Positions 1-8,430 of a DNA stretch of 64,000 bases are shown here, piece by piece. The translations under genes were made by a program, and so were the position numbers. This DNA comes from Actinomycetota bacterium. GTDB lineage: Bacteria > Actinomycetota > UBA4738 > HRBIN12. The notes under the pieces are model-generated. The model did no database searches. It saw only the letters and a list, made by a program, of their open reading frames with translations, and was not told the origin of the DNA. Numbering within the stretch: position 1 is the first letter of the stretch; every line of letters starts with the position of its first letter. The stretch covers positions 423,353 through 487,352 of the forward strand of contig BPGL01000001.1 of NCBI GenBank assembly GCA_026003015.1. Reading direction: 5' to 3'.

Positions 1-373
1 GGGTGAGGGCGTCGAGCTCATCGATCGCCGGAGGCCGGGGGTCCGGCCAGGCCGACTCGTCCCAGCCCTCGAGGCACACGAGCCCCTCCCCCGGCCCCTC
101 GGCCCGCGCGCGGGCGATCGCCAGGAGCGCCTCGCGGCTCGGCGCGGCCCGGACCTCCTCGGCCTCGAGCGCGAGGCCGGTGGCGCTCAGGTGCACATGG
201 GCGTCGACGAACCCGGGCAGGATCGTGGCGCCGGGGAGCTCGACGACGCGATCGGCGCTCGGCGGCTCCCCGGCCCCGACGCGCTGGACGTGACGGCCGT
301 CGACGAGGACCCACTCCCCCGGCGGCGCGATGCCCAGGGTGTGGACGCGGCGGGCGCGGTACAGGGTCCTCAC
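1..373 (-). CDS. amidohydrolase family protein (YtcJ/Amidohydro_3-like), N-terminal part; continues beyond the left edge
   Basis: Absent from the ORF track because it starts with GTG at 371-373 and leaves the window. My minus-strand translation reads MRTLYRARRVHTLG...ATILPGFVDAHVHLSATGL. This has the amidohydrolase HxH metal motif and resembles the N-terminus of the paralog at 30341-32014. The GTG overlaps the RT stop codon (GTGA). Confidence 0.7.
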   Translation of the reverse strand, partial: MRTLYRARRVHTLGIAPPGEWVLVDGRHVQRVGAGEPPSADRVVELPGATILPGFVDAHVHLSATGLALEAEEVRAAPSREALLAIARARAEGPGEGLVCLEGWDESAWPDPRPPAIDELDALT

Positions 374-1101
374 GGCGCGGGCATCATGCCACGGGCTGCG
401 GGCGAGGGACCGCGACCCCGCGGACCGAGCAGCTCGCGCCGGGCCTGCCGGCCCTCGAGCACCCGGGTCTTGTCGGGATGGGCCTCGAGCCCGACGGCCG
501 CCAGGCCCGATCGCCAGGCGTCCAGGGCCCGGCGGACCTGGCGCGCCGTGCCGCCGACGAGCACGACGTCGTCGACCCACCGCAGGTACGCCGCCCCGTG
601 CTCCTCGACGGCGCGGTCGGCCACGGTGAGCACGGCGTTCGCCAGGAGGGCCGAGGGCGCCGGCCCGACGGGCAACCCGGCCCCCACCCCGGCCTCGAGC
701 CGCTCGAGCATCGCGAGCACGGCCCGGGCCACCTCGGGAGCGGCGCCGATCGCCGAGAGGCTCCGCGCGACCGCGGCGGGGCCGATCGAGGGGTAGCAGG
801 CGGCGACGTCGCCGACCGCCACCGCGGCCCGAGGATCGGCGAGGGCCTCGGCCAGCCGCCGGCGCCAACGCCGGCGAGCTCGGGTCCACGGTTCGAGCCG
901 CCCGTCGGGCCGCAGGCGGTTCGCGATCACGCCGGGCGCGAGCGCGCCCTCCAGCCGCGGCGCGAGCGCGCGAACGAGGGCCGCGTAGCGCCCCGCGTCC
1001 GCCGGCGCGAGGCGCACGACGAGCCGCGGGGCCCGGCCCGGCCGGGCGACGAGCACCCGCGCTGCCGCTCGGGCCGGCCCCTCCTCGACCGAGGTGCCCA
1101 T
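370..1101 (-). CDS. compact stand-alone reverse transcriptase (RT palm/fingers only, 243 aa)
   Basis: RT motifs are present in order: GDVAACYPSI (motif A Asp), GLPVGPAPSALLANAVL (motif B), YLRWVDDVVLVG (YxDD-type catalytic box) and HPDKTRVL. The ATG at 1101 is preceded by GGAGG. Third codon positions are GC-rich. The longer track ORF to 1191 adds only an Arg-rich leader. Confidence 0.8.
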   Translation of the reverse strand: MGTSVEEGPARAAARVLVARPGRAPRLVVRLAPADAGRYAALVRALAPRLEGALAPGVIANRLRPDGRLEPWTRARRRWRRRLAEALADPRAAVAVGDVAACYPSIGPAAVARSLSAIGAAPEVARAVLAMLERLEAGVGAGLPVGPAPSALLANAVLTVADRAVEEHGAAYLRWVDDVVLVGGTARQVRRALDAWRSGLAAVGLEAHPDKTRVLEGRQARRELLGPRGRGPSPAARGMMPAP

Positions 1102-1119
1102 CGCCTCCTCCGCGTCCCC

Positions 1120-1140
1120 GATCCGAGCCGGGCTCGGATC
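1120..1140. promoter_or_regulatory. perfect 21-bp palindrome in the divergent RT / Lrp intergenic region
   Basis: The sequence gatccgagcc-g-ggctcggatc has 10-bp arms and a 1-nt spacer. It lies about 10 nt upstream of the RT Shine-Dalgarno sequence. It is a candidate operator for a dimeric regulator; function is not established. Confidence 0.4.
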
Positions 1141-1265
1141 CGACCGGGGGAGGCGCCGTCGCCCACCGCGGCGGCGGGACGATCGAAGCACGGGTGAGGT
1201 CGTGCGCGCGATCCCCGGACCGGGGGAACTTCGCCTCCCCCGCCCCGCTCCCCTACGATGGCGCC

Positions 1266-1709
1266 GTGCTGGACGAGCGCGACCTCGACATCCTCGCGGT
1301 CCTGCAGGAGGACGCGCGGGCGACCTACGCGGACGTCGCCCGCCGCGTCGGCCTGTCCGCGAGCGCGGTCCACGACCGCGTCCGCAAGCTCGAGCAGGCC
1401 GGCGTGATCCGCGGCTACCGGGCCGTCGTCGACCCGGAGGCGGTCGGCCTCTACGTCACGGCCCTGATCGCGGCGACCCCCTTCGACGCCGGCCAGCCCG
1501 ACGACCTGCCCGAGCGCGTCGCGGGGTTCCCCGAGGTGGAGGACTGCTACTCCGTGGCGGGCGAGGCCAACTACATCCTGAAGGTCCGCACCCGCACGAC
1601 CTCCGAGCTCGAAGACCTCATCCGTCGGCTGCGCGAGACCGCGCACGTGGCGACGCGCACGACGATCGCCCTGTCGATCCCCTTCGAGGACCGCCCGATC
1701 CCCACCTGA
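1266..1709 (+). CDS. Lrp/AsnC family transcriptional regulator
   Basis: LDERDLDILAVLQEDARATYADVARRVGLSASAVHDRVRKLEQAGVIRGY is an HTH_AsnC motif, followed by a RAM/ACT-like C-terminal domain. A GTG start at 1266 was chosen; the track ORF begins at 1194. Confidence 0.85.
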   Translation: MLDERDLDILAVLQEDARATYADVARRVGLSASAVHDRVRKLEQAGVIRGYRAVVDPEAVGLYVTALIAATPFDAGQPDDLPERVAGFPEVEDCYSVAGEANYILKVRTRTTSELEDLIRRLRETAHVATRTTIALSIPFEDRPIPT

Positions 1710-1812
1710 GGGGCCCGAGCCGAAGCGGCGCGACCTCGATCGCCGCGGGCCGGATGCCGATACCCTCCGTGTGCCTCCTCCCGTCTCCCCGAACGCGCCC
1801 CGAGGGCGCATA

Positions 1813-2520
1813 ATGCGGACGATGAGGTGCTTCCCCCGGCCCGCCGCGCGTCCTGTGGTGGCCATCGCGCTGCTCGGCCTCGTCCTCGGCGGCTGCGGCC
1901 CGCCCTCGCACCGGTACGTGCGCAACACCGAGCAGCGCACGGCGTTCAAGCTGCCGGCCGACTGGACGGTCTACGACGAGCAGCAGCTCCTCGGTCAGGA
2001 GGAGACGGCGAGCGCCGACACCCCCGACCCCAGGGAATGGCTCGTGGGGTTCGACGCCGACCCCTCGCCCTCGATCGCGCACGTCGTCGGCAGCGGCGGG
2101 TCCTTCGCGACGGACTACCCCTCGGGGATCGCAGCGGTGTTCCGACTGAGCCCGCAGCAGCGCGACCAGGTGAGCCTCGGGCAGCTGCGGAACCTCATCG
2201 TGCCGATCGACACGATCGTGGAGCAGCTCGGGCAGGAGGCCGTTCGGGTCCTGGTCTACGACGACCGGCTGATGCGCGAGGGATTCCGCGGGCTGCACCT
2301 GGAGTTCCAGGTGCTCGAGTCCGCGATCGCCCAGGTTCGGGACCAGACCGGGTCCGGCCTCCTCAACGACACGTACGTTCACGTGTCCCAGACCGCCTAC
2401 CTCGACGAGACGACCGACCGCGTGTACGTGTTCGCGGTGATGTGCTCGGCGGAGTGCTTCGCCCGCAACCGCGGTGAGATCCAGACCGCGGTCGACTCAT
2501 GGACGGTGTTGCCCAGATGA
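1813..2520 (+). CDS. lipoprotein, unknown function
   Basis: The signal peptide has a lipobox (ALLGLVLGGC). The stop overlaps the start of the next gene (ATGA at 2517-2520). Confidence 0.6.
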   Translation: MRTMRCFPRPAARPVVAIALLGLVLGGCGPPSHRYVRNTEQRTAFKLPADWTVYDEQQLLGQEETASADTPDPREWLVGFDADPSPSIAHVVGSGGSFATDYPSGIAAVFRLSPQQRDQVSLGQLRNLIVPIDTIVEQLGQEAVRVLVYDDRLMREGFRGLHLEFQVLESAIAQVRDQTGSGLLNDTYVHVSQTAYLDETTDRVYVFAVMCSAECFARNRGEIQTAVDSWTVLPR

Positions 2521-4934
2521 GTGAGAACCGATCCCCGAACGGCCCGAAGCTCGCGATCCCCGGCATGAACCGCCCGTCGCGGCCGCGCCCCTCCGAGCGC
2601 GAGACGCGCGCACCGGCCGCCCTGTGGGACCGGGTGCGGATCCTGCTGCTGCTCGCGCTGCTGTGGGTCTCCGGGCTCGCGGTCGTCTACTCCTCGACCG
2701 TGCGACCGCTGAACGACCCGTTCATCGAGGCGGTTCGCCTCGCGGTCCGCGACTACTGGTGGCTGCTCGCGCTCATGGTGCTCGAGGCCGTTCGCCAGCT
2801 CCACTACCTCGTCGCGGAATCCTCCAAGGGCTACTACCGGTTCTGGGAGGAGCGCGTCTTCGGGGCGATCCACGAGCGCGTCGGGCGGATGAACGACTGG
2901 ACGCGCTACCGCGTTGGCCGGGCCCTGAAGTGGACGCTCGTCCTGTTCGTGGTGAGCACGATCCTCGGGCGGATCTTCGGCTCCGATCCGGTGTGGCTCG
3001 GGATCGTCGACGCACCCGCGCGACTCCTCGTGGCCTTGCCGTTCATCCTGCAGCTCGCCTTCGCGTTCTTCTTCATCATCTTCCAGTTCGTCGGACTCTT
3101 CTGGTTCCTGTCGCGCGGTGGCATGGACACGATCATGCCCGACGAGATCGAGACGCGCTTCGACGATGTCCGAGGCCAAGACGGCGTCCTAGAACGGATC
3201 AAGGAGACGATGATCTTCCTGGAGGACCCCGAGGCGATCGAGGAGCGCGGCGGCTACGTCCCGGGGGGGATCCTGCTGTGGGGCCCCCCGGGCACCGGCA
3301 AGACGCTGATCGCCCAGGCCGTGGCCGGCGAGACCGCCCGCCCGTTCGTCTTCGTCGAGCCGGGCGCGTTCATCAACATGTTCTTCGGGGTCGGGATCCT
3401 CAAGGTCAAGGGGCTGTACCGCAAGCTCCGCCGGCTGGCCCTGCGCTACGGCGGGGCGATCGTGTTCTTCGACGAGGCCGACGCGCTCGGCAACCGCGGG
3501 GCGCAGGTCGCGACCGGGTTCCAGCCCGGCCCGGGGCCTTGGGCGGCCGTGCCGGCGTGCAACGGCCTCGCGTACCTCTCCCCCACCGCGCGGGACGCCG
3601 TGTTGGGGTTCGAGCGCGGCCTGGCCGGCGCCGACCCGTCGCGGCCCCGCACGGACCAGGTGATCGTCGGGGCAGGCCTCGGCGGCGCCGGCGCCGGGAC
3701 GCTGCAGGCGATCTTGTCGGAGATGTCGGGCCTCACGAAGCCCCGGGGCTTGATCAACCGGATCCGCAAGCTCCTCGGGATGAAGCCGAAGCCTCCCCCG
3801 AAGTACCGGATCCTGCACATCTTCGCGACGAACATGCCCGACACGCTCGACCCGGCGATGCTGCGGCCGGGCCGGATCGACCGCCAGTACAAGGTCGGGT
3901 ACCCGCACAAGCAGGGTCGCCGCGCGACCTTCGAGCTCTACCTGTCGAAGATCCGCCACGACCTCACGCCCGAGCAGGTCGACAAGCTCGCGACGATCAC
4001 CCCGTACTTCTCCGGCGCGGCGATCAAGGACATCGTCAACGAGGGCGTGGTGCTCGCGATCCGCGACGGCCGGGAGGTCGTCACCTTCGCCGACATCATC
4101 CGGGCCAAGCAGCTCAAGCAGCACGGGCTGCCCGACGACCACGAGTACATCGATCGCGAGCGGCACGCCGTCGCCGTCCACGAGGCCTGCCACGCGGTCG
4201 TCGCCTACCGCGTGCGACGCCACGGCGTGATCGATCTCGCGACGATCGAGCGCCGTGGCGACGTCGGCGGGTTCGTCTCCTCGATCCCGCCCGAGGAGCG
4301 CTTCGTCGACTGGCGGTCGGAGCACGAGCACGACCTCATGACCTCGCTCGCGTCGTTGGCCGGCGAGCGGTTGTTCTTCGACGGGGACAACTCCGCCGGC
4401 GTGGGCGGGGACATGCGCAACGCGACCTCGCTCGCCACGCTCATGGAGGGCTACTGGGCCATGGGCGAGACGATCGTCTCGCACGCGGTCACCATGGGGG
4501 CGCTGCGCGGCGCACAGCCCCTGGAGACCGGCAGCGACCGGAACATGTGGGACGGTCCCTTCGGGGCTCGGGTCGAAGCGCGCCTGCGGGAGCTCTACGA
4601 TCGGACCCGGCGGCTGCTCGAGGAGAACCGCCGCGAGGTCCTCGCCGTCGCCCACGCGCTCGAGACCCACAAGACGATCACCGGCGACGACGTCGCGGCC
4701 GTCATCGAGGGGACGGTCGGCCCCTCGGTCGACGGACGGGCCTACCGGGACCCGGCCTTCCAACAGATGATCGAGCGCTACCACGCGGCGGTCGTTCGTG
4801 CGCACCAGCAGGCGGGCGGCGTCGAGGTGCGGGTGCCGATGCCGGTGCCGCCGAACCCCGCGCTCGTCGCCGCGAGCTCGGCGGACGACGCCGGGGCCGC
4901 CGTGGACGCGCCGCCCCCGCGCCCGGACGCCTGA
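2517..4934 (+). CDS. divergent FtsH-like AAA+ ATPase / M41 zinc metalloprotease
   Basis: Walker A is GPPGTGKT and Walker B is IVFFDEAD. The second region of homology reads ATNMPDTLDPAMLRPGRIDR, and the zinc site is HEACH. The N-terminal region has about four hydrophobic segments. There is a long insertion between Walker B and the ATN motif. Confidence 0.8.
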   Translation: MSENRSPNGPKLAIPGMNRPSRPRPSERETRAPAALWDRVRILLLLALLWVSGLAVVYSSTVRPLNDPFIEAVRLAVRDYWWLLALMVLEAVRQLHYLVAESSKGYYRFWEERVFGAIHERVGRMNDWTRYRVGRALKWTLVLFVVSTILGRIFGSDPVWLGIVDAPARLLVALPFILQLAFAFFFIIFQFVGLFWFLSRGGMDTIMPDEIETRFDDVRGQDGVLERIKETMIFLEDPEAIEERGGYVPGGILLWGPPGTGKTLIAQAVAGETARPFVFVEPGAFINMFFGVGILKVKGLYRKLRRLALRYGGAIVFFDEADALGNRGAQVATGFQPGPGPWAAVPACNGLAYLSPTARDAVLGFERGLAGADPSRPRTDQVIVGAGLGGAGAGTLQAILSEMSGLTKPRGLINRIRKLLGMKPKPPPKYRILHIFATNMPDTLDPAMLRPGRIDRQYKVGYPHKQGRRATFELYLSKIRHDLTPEQVDKLATITPYFSGAAIKDIVNEGVVLAIRDGREVVTFADIIRAKQLKQHGLPDDHEYIDRERHAVAVHEACHAVVAYRVRRHGVIDLATIERRGDVGGFVSSIPPEERFVDWRSEHEHDLMTSLASLAGERLFFDGDNSAGVGGDMRNATSLATLMEGYWAMGETIVSHAVTMGALRGAQPLETGSDRNMWDGPFGARVEARLRELYDRTRRLLEENRREVLAVAHALETHKTITGDDVAAVIEGTVGPSVDGRAYRDPAFQQMIERYHAAVVRAHQQAGGVEVRVPMPVPPNPALVAASSADDAGAAVDAPPPRPDA

Positions 4935-4979
4935 GCCGCCTGCCCTCCCCGAGGCCGCGCCTCGGTATCCTCGGCTCCG

Positions 4980-6371
4980 ATGCGGCTGTTCAACTCCCTC
5001 ACGCGCGCCGTCGAGCCGGTCGAGCCCGTGGAGCCCGGGCACGTGAAGATCTACGCCTGCGGCCCCACGGTCTACCGCTACGCGCACCTGGGGAACCTGC
5101 GGACGTTCATGCTGGGGGACCTGATCCGCCGGGCCTTGGAGCTCGAGGGCCTGGCGGTCACGCTCGTCATGAACATCACCGACGTCGGCCACATGGTCGA
5201 CGAGTCCTCCCCGGAGGCGATCGACAAGATGCAGCTCGCCGCCGAGGACGAGGGACTCACGCCGACGGAGCTCGCCGAGAAGTACACGCGGGCCTTCCTC
5301 GAGGACTCCGCGGCGCTCGGGATCCGACCCGCCGACCGCTACCCCAAGGCCACCGAGCACATCGGGGACATGATCCGGCTCATCGAGCGGCTGATCGAGC
5401 GCGGGCACGCGTACGTCGTCGACACCGGTTCGGTGTACTTCGACGTCCAGAGCTTCCCCGGCTACGGACGCCTGTCGGGCAACACCCTCGACGCGCTGCG
5501 CAGCGGGCACCGGGACCTCGAGGTCGATCCGCGCAAGCGCCATCCGGCCGACTTCGCCCTGTGGAAGGCGGCGGGGCCCGGTCGGCTGATGGTCTGGGAC
5601 TCGCCCTGGGGGCCCGGGTTCCCCGGGTGGCACATCGAGTGCTCGGCGATGTCCATGCGCTACCTCGGCGATCGCTTCGACATCCACACGGGCGGGACCG
5701 ACCTGCGCTTCCCCCACCACGAGGACGAGATCGCGCAGTCGGAAGGGGCGGTCGGCCACCAGGTGGTCCGCATCTGGGTCCACGGCGGGCACCTGCGTCT
5801 GGCTGGCCACAAGATCGCGAAGTCGGCCGGCAACGTCGTGCGCGTGCCGGAGCTCGCCCAGCGGGGGCTCGACCCGCTGGCCTTCCGCTGGCTGGCCTTC
5901 CAGACCCGCTACCGGAGCGAGATGGACTTCACCTGGGAGGCGATCGAGGCCGCGGATCACCGCGTGCGCCAGCTCCGACGGCGGATGGCGGAGTGGGCCC
6001 CGGGCGCCGCCCCGACGTCGGAGGCCGCGCGGGCGTTCGACGAGCGGTTCCGGGCCCGGATCGCCGACGACCTCGACCTGCCGGGCGCGGTCGTGCTCGT
6101 GAACGAGCTCGTCTCCTCCACCGACGTCCCGCCGGCCGAGCGCTACGGCCTGCTGGCGTCGTGGGACCACGTGCTCGGCCTCGACCTCGAGCGGGAGGCG
6201 ACGAGCGGGTGGCGGCCGTCCGACCGGATGCGCGAGCTCGTCGCCGAGCGCGATCGCGCCCGCGCCGCGCGCGACTACGCGACGGCCGACCGGATCCGCG
6301 ACGAGCTCGAGTCGATGGGGCTCGAGGTGATGGACGGGCCCTCGGGTACGACGATCCGCCCGCGGATCTGA
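4980..6371 (+). CDS. cysS: cysteine--tRNA ligase
   Basis: Shows YACGPTVYRYAHLGNL (HIGH-type), WDSPWGPGFPGWHIECSAM, FPHHEDEIAQSE and KIAKSAGN (KMSKS-type). The C-terminal helical domain is typical of CysRS rather than MshC. Confidence 0.85.
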   Translation: MRLFNSLTRAVEPVEPVEPGHVKIYACGPTVYRYAHLGNLRTFMLGDLIRRALELEGLAVTLVMNITDVGHMVDESSPEAIDKMQLAAEDEGLTPTELAEKYTRAFLEDSAALGIRPADRYPKATEHIGDMIRLIERLIERGHAYVVDTGSVYFDVQSFPGYGRLSGNTLDALRSGHRDLEVDPRKRHPADFALWKAAGPGRLMVWDSPWGPGFPGWHIECSAMSMRYLGDRFDIHTGGTDLRFPHHEDEIAQSEGAVGHQVVRIWVHGGHLRLAGHKIAKSAGNVVRVPELAQRGLDPLAFRWLAFQTRYRSEMDFTWEAIEAADHRVRQLRRRMAEWAPGAAPTSEAARAFDERFRARIADDLDLPGAVVLVNELVSSTDVPPAERYGLLASWDHVLGLDLEREATSGWRPSDRMRELVAERDRARAARDYATADRIRDELESMGLEVMDGPSGTTIRPRI

Positions 6372-6374
6372 GGA

Positions 6375-7472
6375 TCAGCCGACCGTGCGCAGCGCCCGGT
6401 CGGCGCGGTTCAGGCGCTCGACGCCGTCGGGGGTGACGGCGACGATGTCCTCGATCCGCACGCCGAACCGCCCGTCGAGGTAGATGCCGGGCTCGACGCT
6501 GAAGGTCATCCCGGGCGCGAGCACCGTCGGGTCGCCGGCGACCGCGTAGGGCGGCTCGTGGACCTCCAGACCGATCCCGTGCCCGGTCCGGTGCAGGAAC
6601 CGCTCGCCGAAGCCGGCGCGCTCGATCGGCTCGCGGGCGGCGCGATCCACCTCGGCGATCGGCACGCCGGGAGCGACCGCGGCCACGGCGGCCTCCTGCG
6701 CCTCGCGCACGAGCTCGTAGACGGCCGCGAAGCCCTCCGGCGCTCGCTCCACGACGACCGTCCGGGTGATGTCGCTGTGGTAGCCCTCGAGCGCGCCGCC
6801 GAAGTCCAAGACGACGGCGTCACCGGTGCGGATCGTCCGCTCGGTCGGCTCGTGGTGCGGCGATGCTCCGTTCGGGCCGGCCGCGACGATCGTGAAGGCG
6901 GCGCGCGCGTGCCCGTTGGCCACGAGCAGCTCCGCCAGCTCGGCGGCCACGTCGAGCTCCCGCCGGCCGGCGAGCCCCGACGCGCAGATCGCCTCGAAGG
7001 TCGCGTCGGCCGCGGCCGCGGCGCGTCGAAGCCGGTCGAGCTCCTCGGGGTCCTTCACCGCGCGCAGCCCCCCCAGCACGCCCGAGGCCGGGACGAAGCG
7101 CGCGGCCGGAAGCGCCCGCTGCAGTCCGAGCAGGTGTGCGGCCCACAGGCGGTCGTCGACGGCGAGCGTGCCGGCGGGCGCCACGAGGCGGGCCGCGGCC
7201 GCGTAGGGGTCCTCGCCGTCGCGCCACGCGAGGAGCTCGAGGTCCCCGCCGAGGGGGGCCGAGCGCGCCGCCGGCGCCTCCAGGGCGGGCACGAGGAGCC
7301 GGGGGGACGCGTCGGGGCGTACGACGAGCAGGGTCGGGCGCTCCAACGGCATCGGCTCGTACCCGGTGAGGTACGCGAGGTCCGGCGACGGACCGACGAG
7401 CACGGCCGCGAGGCCCCGCTCGGCCGCGGCCCGGGCCGCTCGCTCGAGGCGGTGCAGGTGGCGGTCGCGCAT
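6375..7472 (-). CDS. Xaa-Pro aminopeptidase/dipeptidase (peptidase M24)
   Basis: The start at MRDRHLHRLE gives 366 aa. The M24 pita-bread signature is present (DFGGALEGYHSDITRT, HRTGHGIGLEVHE, SVEPGIY, RIEDIV). The upstream part of the 573-aa track ORF is Arg/Pro-rich and not credible. Confidence 0.85.
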   Translation of the reverse strand: MRDRHLHRLERAARAAAERGLAAVLVGPSPDLAYLTGYEPMPLERPTLLVVRPDASPRLLVPALEAPAARSAPLGGDLELLAWRDGEDPYAAAARLVAPAGTLAVDDRLWAAHLLGLQRALPAARFVPASGVLGGLRAVKDPEELDRLRRAAAAADATFEAICASGLAGRRELDVAAELAELLVANGHARAAFTIVAAGPNGASPHHEPTERTIRTGDAVVLDFGGALEGYHSDITRTVVVERAPEGFAAVYELVREAQEAAVAAVAPGVPIAEVDRAAREPIERAGFGERFLHRTGHGIGLEVHEPPYAVAGDPTVLAPGMTFSVEPGIYLDGRFGVRIEDIVAVTPDGVERLNRADRALRTVG

Positions 7473-7480
7473 GGGTCCCC

Positions 7481-8425
7481 TCAGAGCTTGAGCAGCACCC
7501 GGCCGGGCAGGACCCGAGCCTGCACCGGGGTCGTGCCGAGCGGCCGGCCGTCGAGGGCGACCGGCATCGGTCGATCGGTCTCGACCCCGACGACGATCCG
7601 AGCCCGGAGCTCCCGCACGCCGGGGTCGGGCAGGTGGGCGCCGTGCATGAAGATCCGCGGCAGCATCCGGTACGCGTCGGTCCTCGGCCCGACGAAGGCG
7701 AGGACGTCGAGGACCCCGTCGCCCGGGTAGGAGCGGGGCGAGAGCCGCAGGCCCTGCTCGGCGAACTGCCCGTTGGCCACGAGCACGTCCCAGGCCTGGA
7801 GCTCGTGGACGCGCGCGTCGACCCGCAGCCGGATCGCCCGCCGGGGGGAGCGCGCCACGGCCCACCAGAAGCCCGCGAAGCGCCCGAGCCGTCCGCCGCC
7901 CAAGCGCCGCGACGAGCGCAGCGCCGCCGCGCGCAGCCCGATCTGGAGGAGGTTGTGCCCCACCCGCTCGACGGGCCCGTCCCGGCCGGCGGCCGTGACC
8001 GCCATCAGATCCAGCGGGTAGGTGCGGTCGCCGACCAGATGTCCGACCGCCCGGTCGAGCTCGCTCGGCAGCCCGAAGCTCAGCGCCAGGTCGCACCCGG
8101 CGGGGCCGGCCGGGACGAGGCCGAGGACGAGAGCGTCCTCGCGGGGTTCCGTCCCCACCGCCGCCAGCGCGTCGGCGACGGTTCCGTCGTCTCCGACGGC
8201 GACGACGAACCGGATCTGGTCGGCGAGCGCGGCCGCGACGGCCTCGGTCAGGGCGGGTCCGGAGGCGACCGCGAGCCGATGCTCGAGCCCCACCCGCTCG
8301 AGCGCTGCGGGCAGGGCGTCGGCGGCGCGTTCCGCGCCCGCGCCGGGGTCGACGACGACGACCGCCGGGCCGAACGGCGCCGCGGCCGCGGTCGTCTCCG
8401 GTCGCTGGGACCCTCGCTCGACCAC
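7481..8425 (-). CDS. diacylglycerol-kinase-like lipid kinase family protein (variant GDDGT motif)
   Basis: Contains a DAGK catalytic-domain pattern (FVVAVGDDGTVADAL, LGLVPAGPAGCDLA) plus the C-terminal accessory domain. The GTG start at 8425 was chosen just below the helY stop. The start position is uncertain. Confidence 0.6.
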   Translation of the reverse strand: MVERGSQRPETTAAAAPFGPAVVVVDPGAGAERAADALPAALERVGLEHRLAVASGPALTEAVAAALADQIRFVVAVGDDGTVADALAAVGTEPREDALVLGLVPAGPAGCDLALSFGLPSELDRAVGHLVGDRTYPLDLMAVTAAGRDGPVERVGHNLLQIGLRAAALRSSRRLGGGRLGRFAGFWWAVARSPRRAIRLRVDARVHELQAWDVLVANGQFAEQGLRLSPRSYPGDGVLDVLAFVGPRTDAYRMLPRIFMHGAHLPDPGVRELRARIVVGVETDRPMPVALDGRPLGTTPVQARVLPGRVLLKL

Positions 8426-8430
8426 GGCGC

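Noticed and set aside
370-1265. The RT as part of a diversity-generating retroelement, a group II intron or a classical retron.
   Set aside because: I saw no template/variable repeat pair and the motif B is not the DGR type. There is no maturase/X domain and no room for intron RNA domains in the 165-nt leader. I found no a1/a2-type long inverted repeats flanking the leader. A retron-like or other ncRNA cannot be fully excluded without RNA data.
5011-5037. The short VEPVEPVEP repeat near the CysS N-terminus as a meaningful tandem repeat.
   Set aside because: It is three imperfect 9-nt units inside a well-supported housekeeping gene. It is most simply a low-complexity loop.
2624-6436. Very long track ORFs overlapping real genes in other frames or on the other strand. 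Examples are 2624-6436 (+), 3189-6170 (-), 8680-11184 (+), 22599-25427 (-), 26331-29024 (-), 45077-47113 (+) and 51664-54879 (-).
   Set aside because: Their translations are Arg/Pro/Gly/Ala-rich low-complexity strings with no motifs, which is typical of stop-codon-poor alternative frames in ~70% GC DNA. Each region is fully explained by a motif-bearing gene in another frame.
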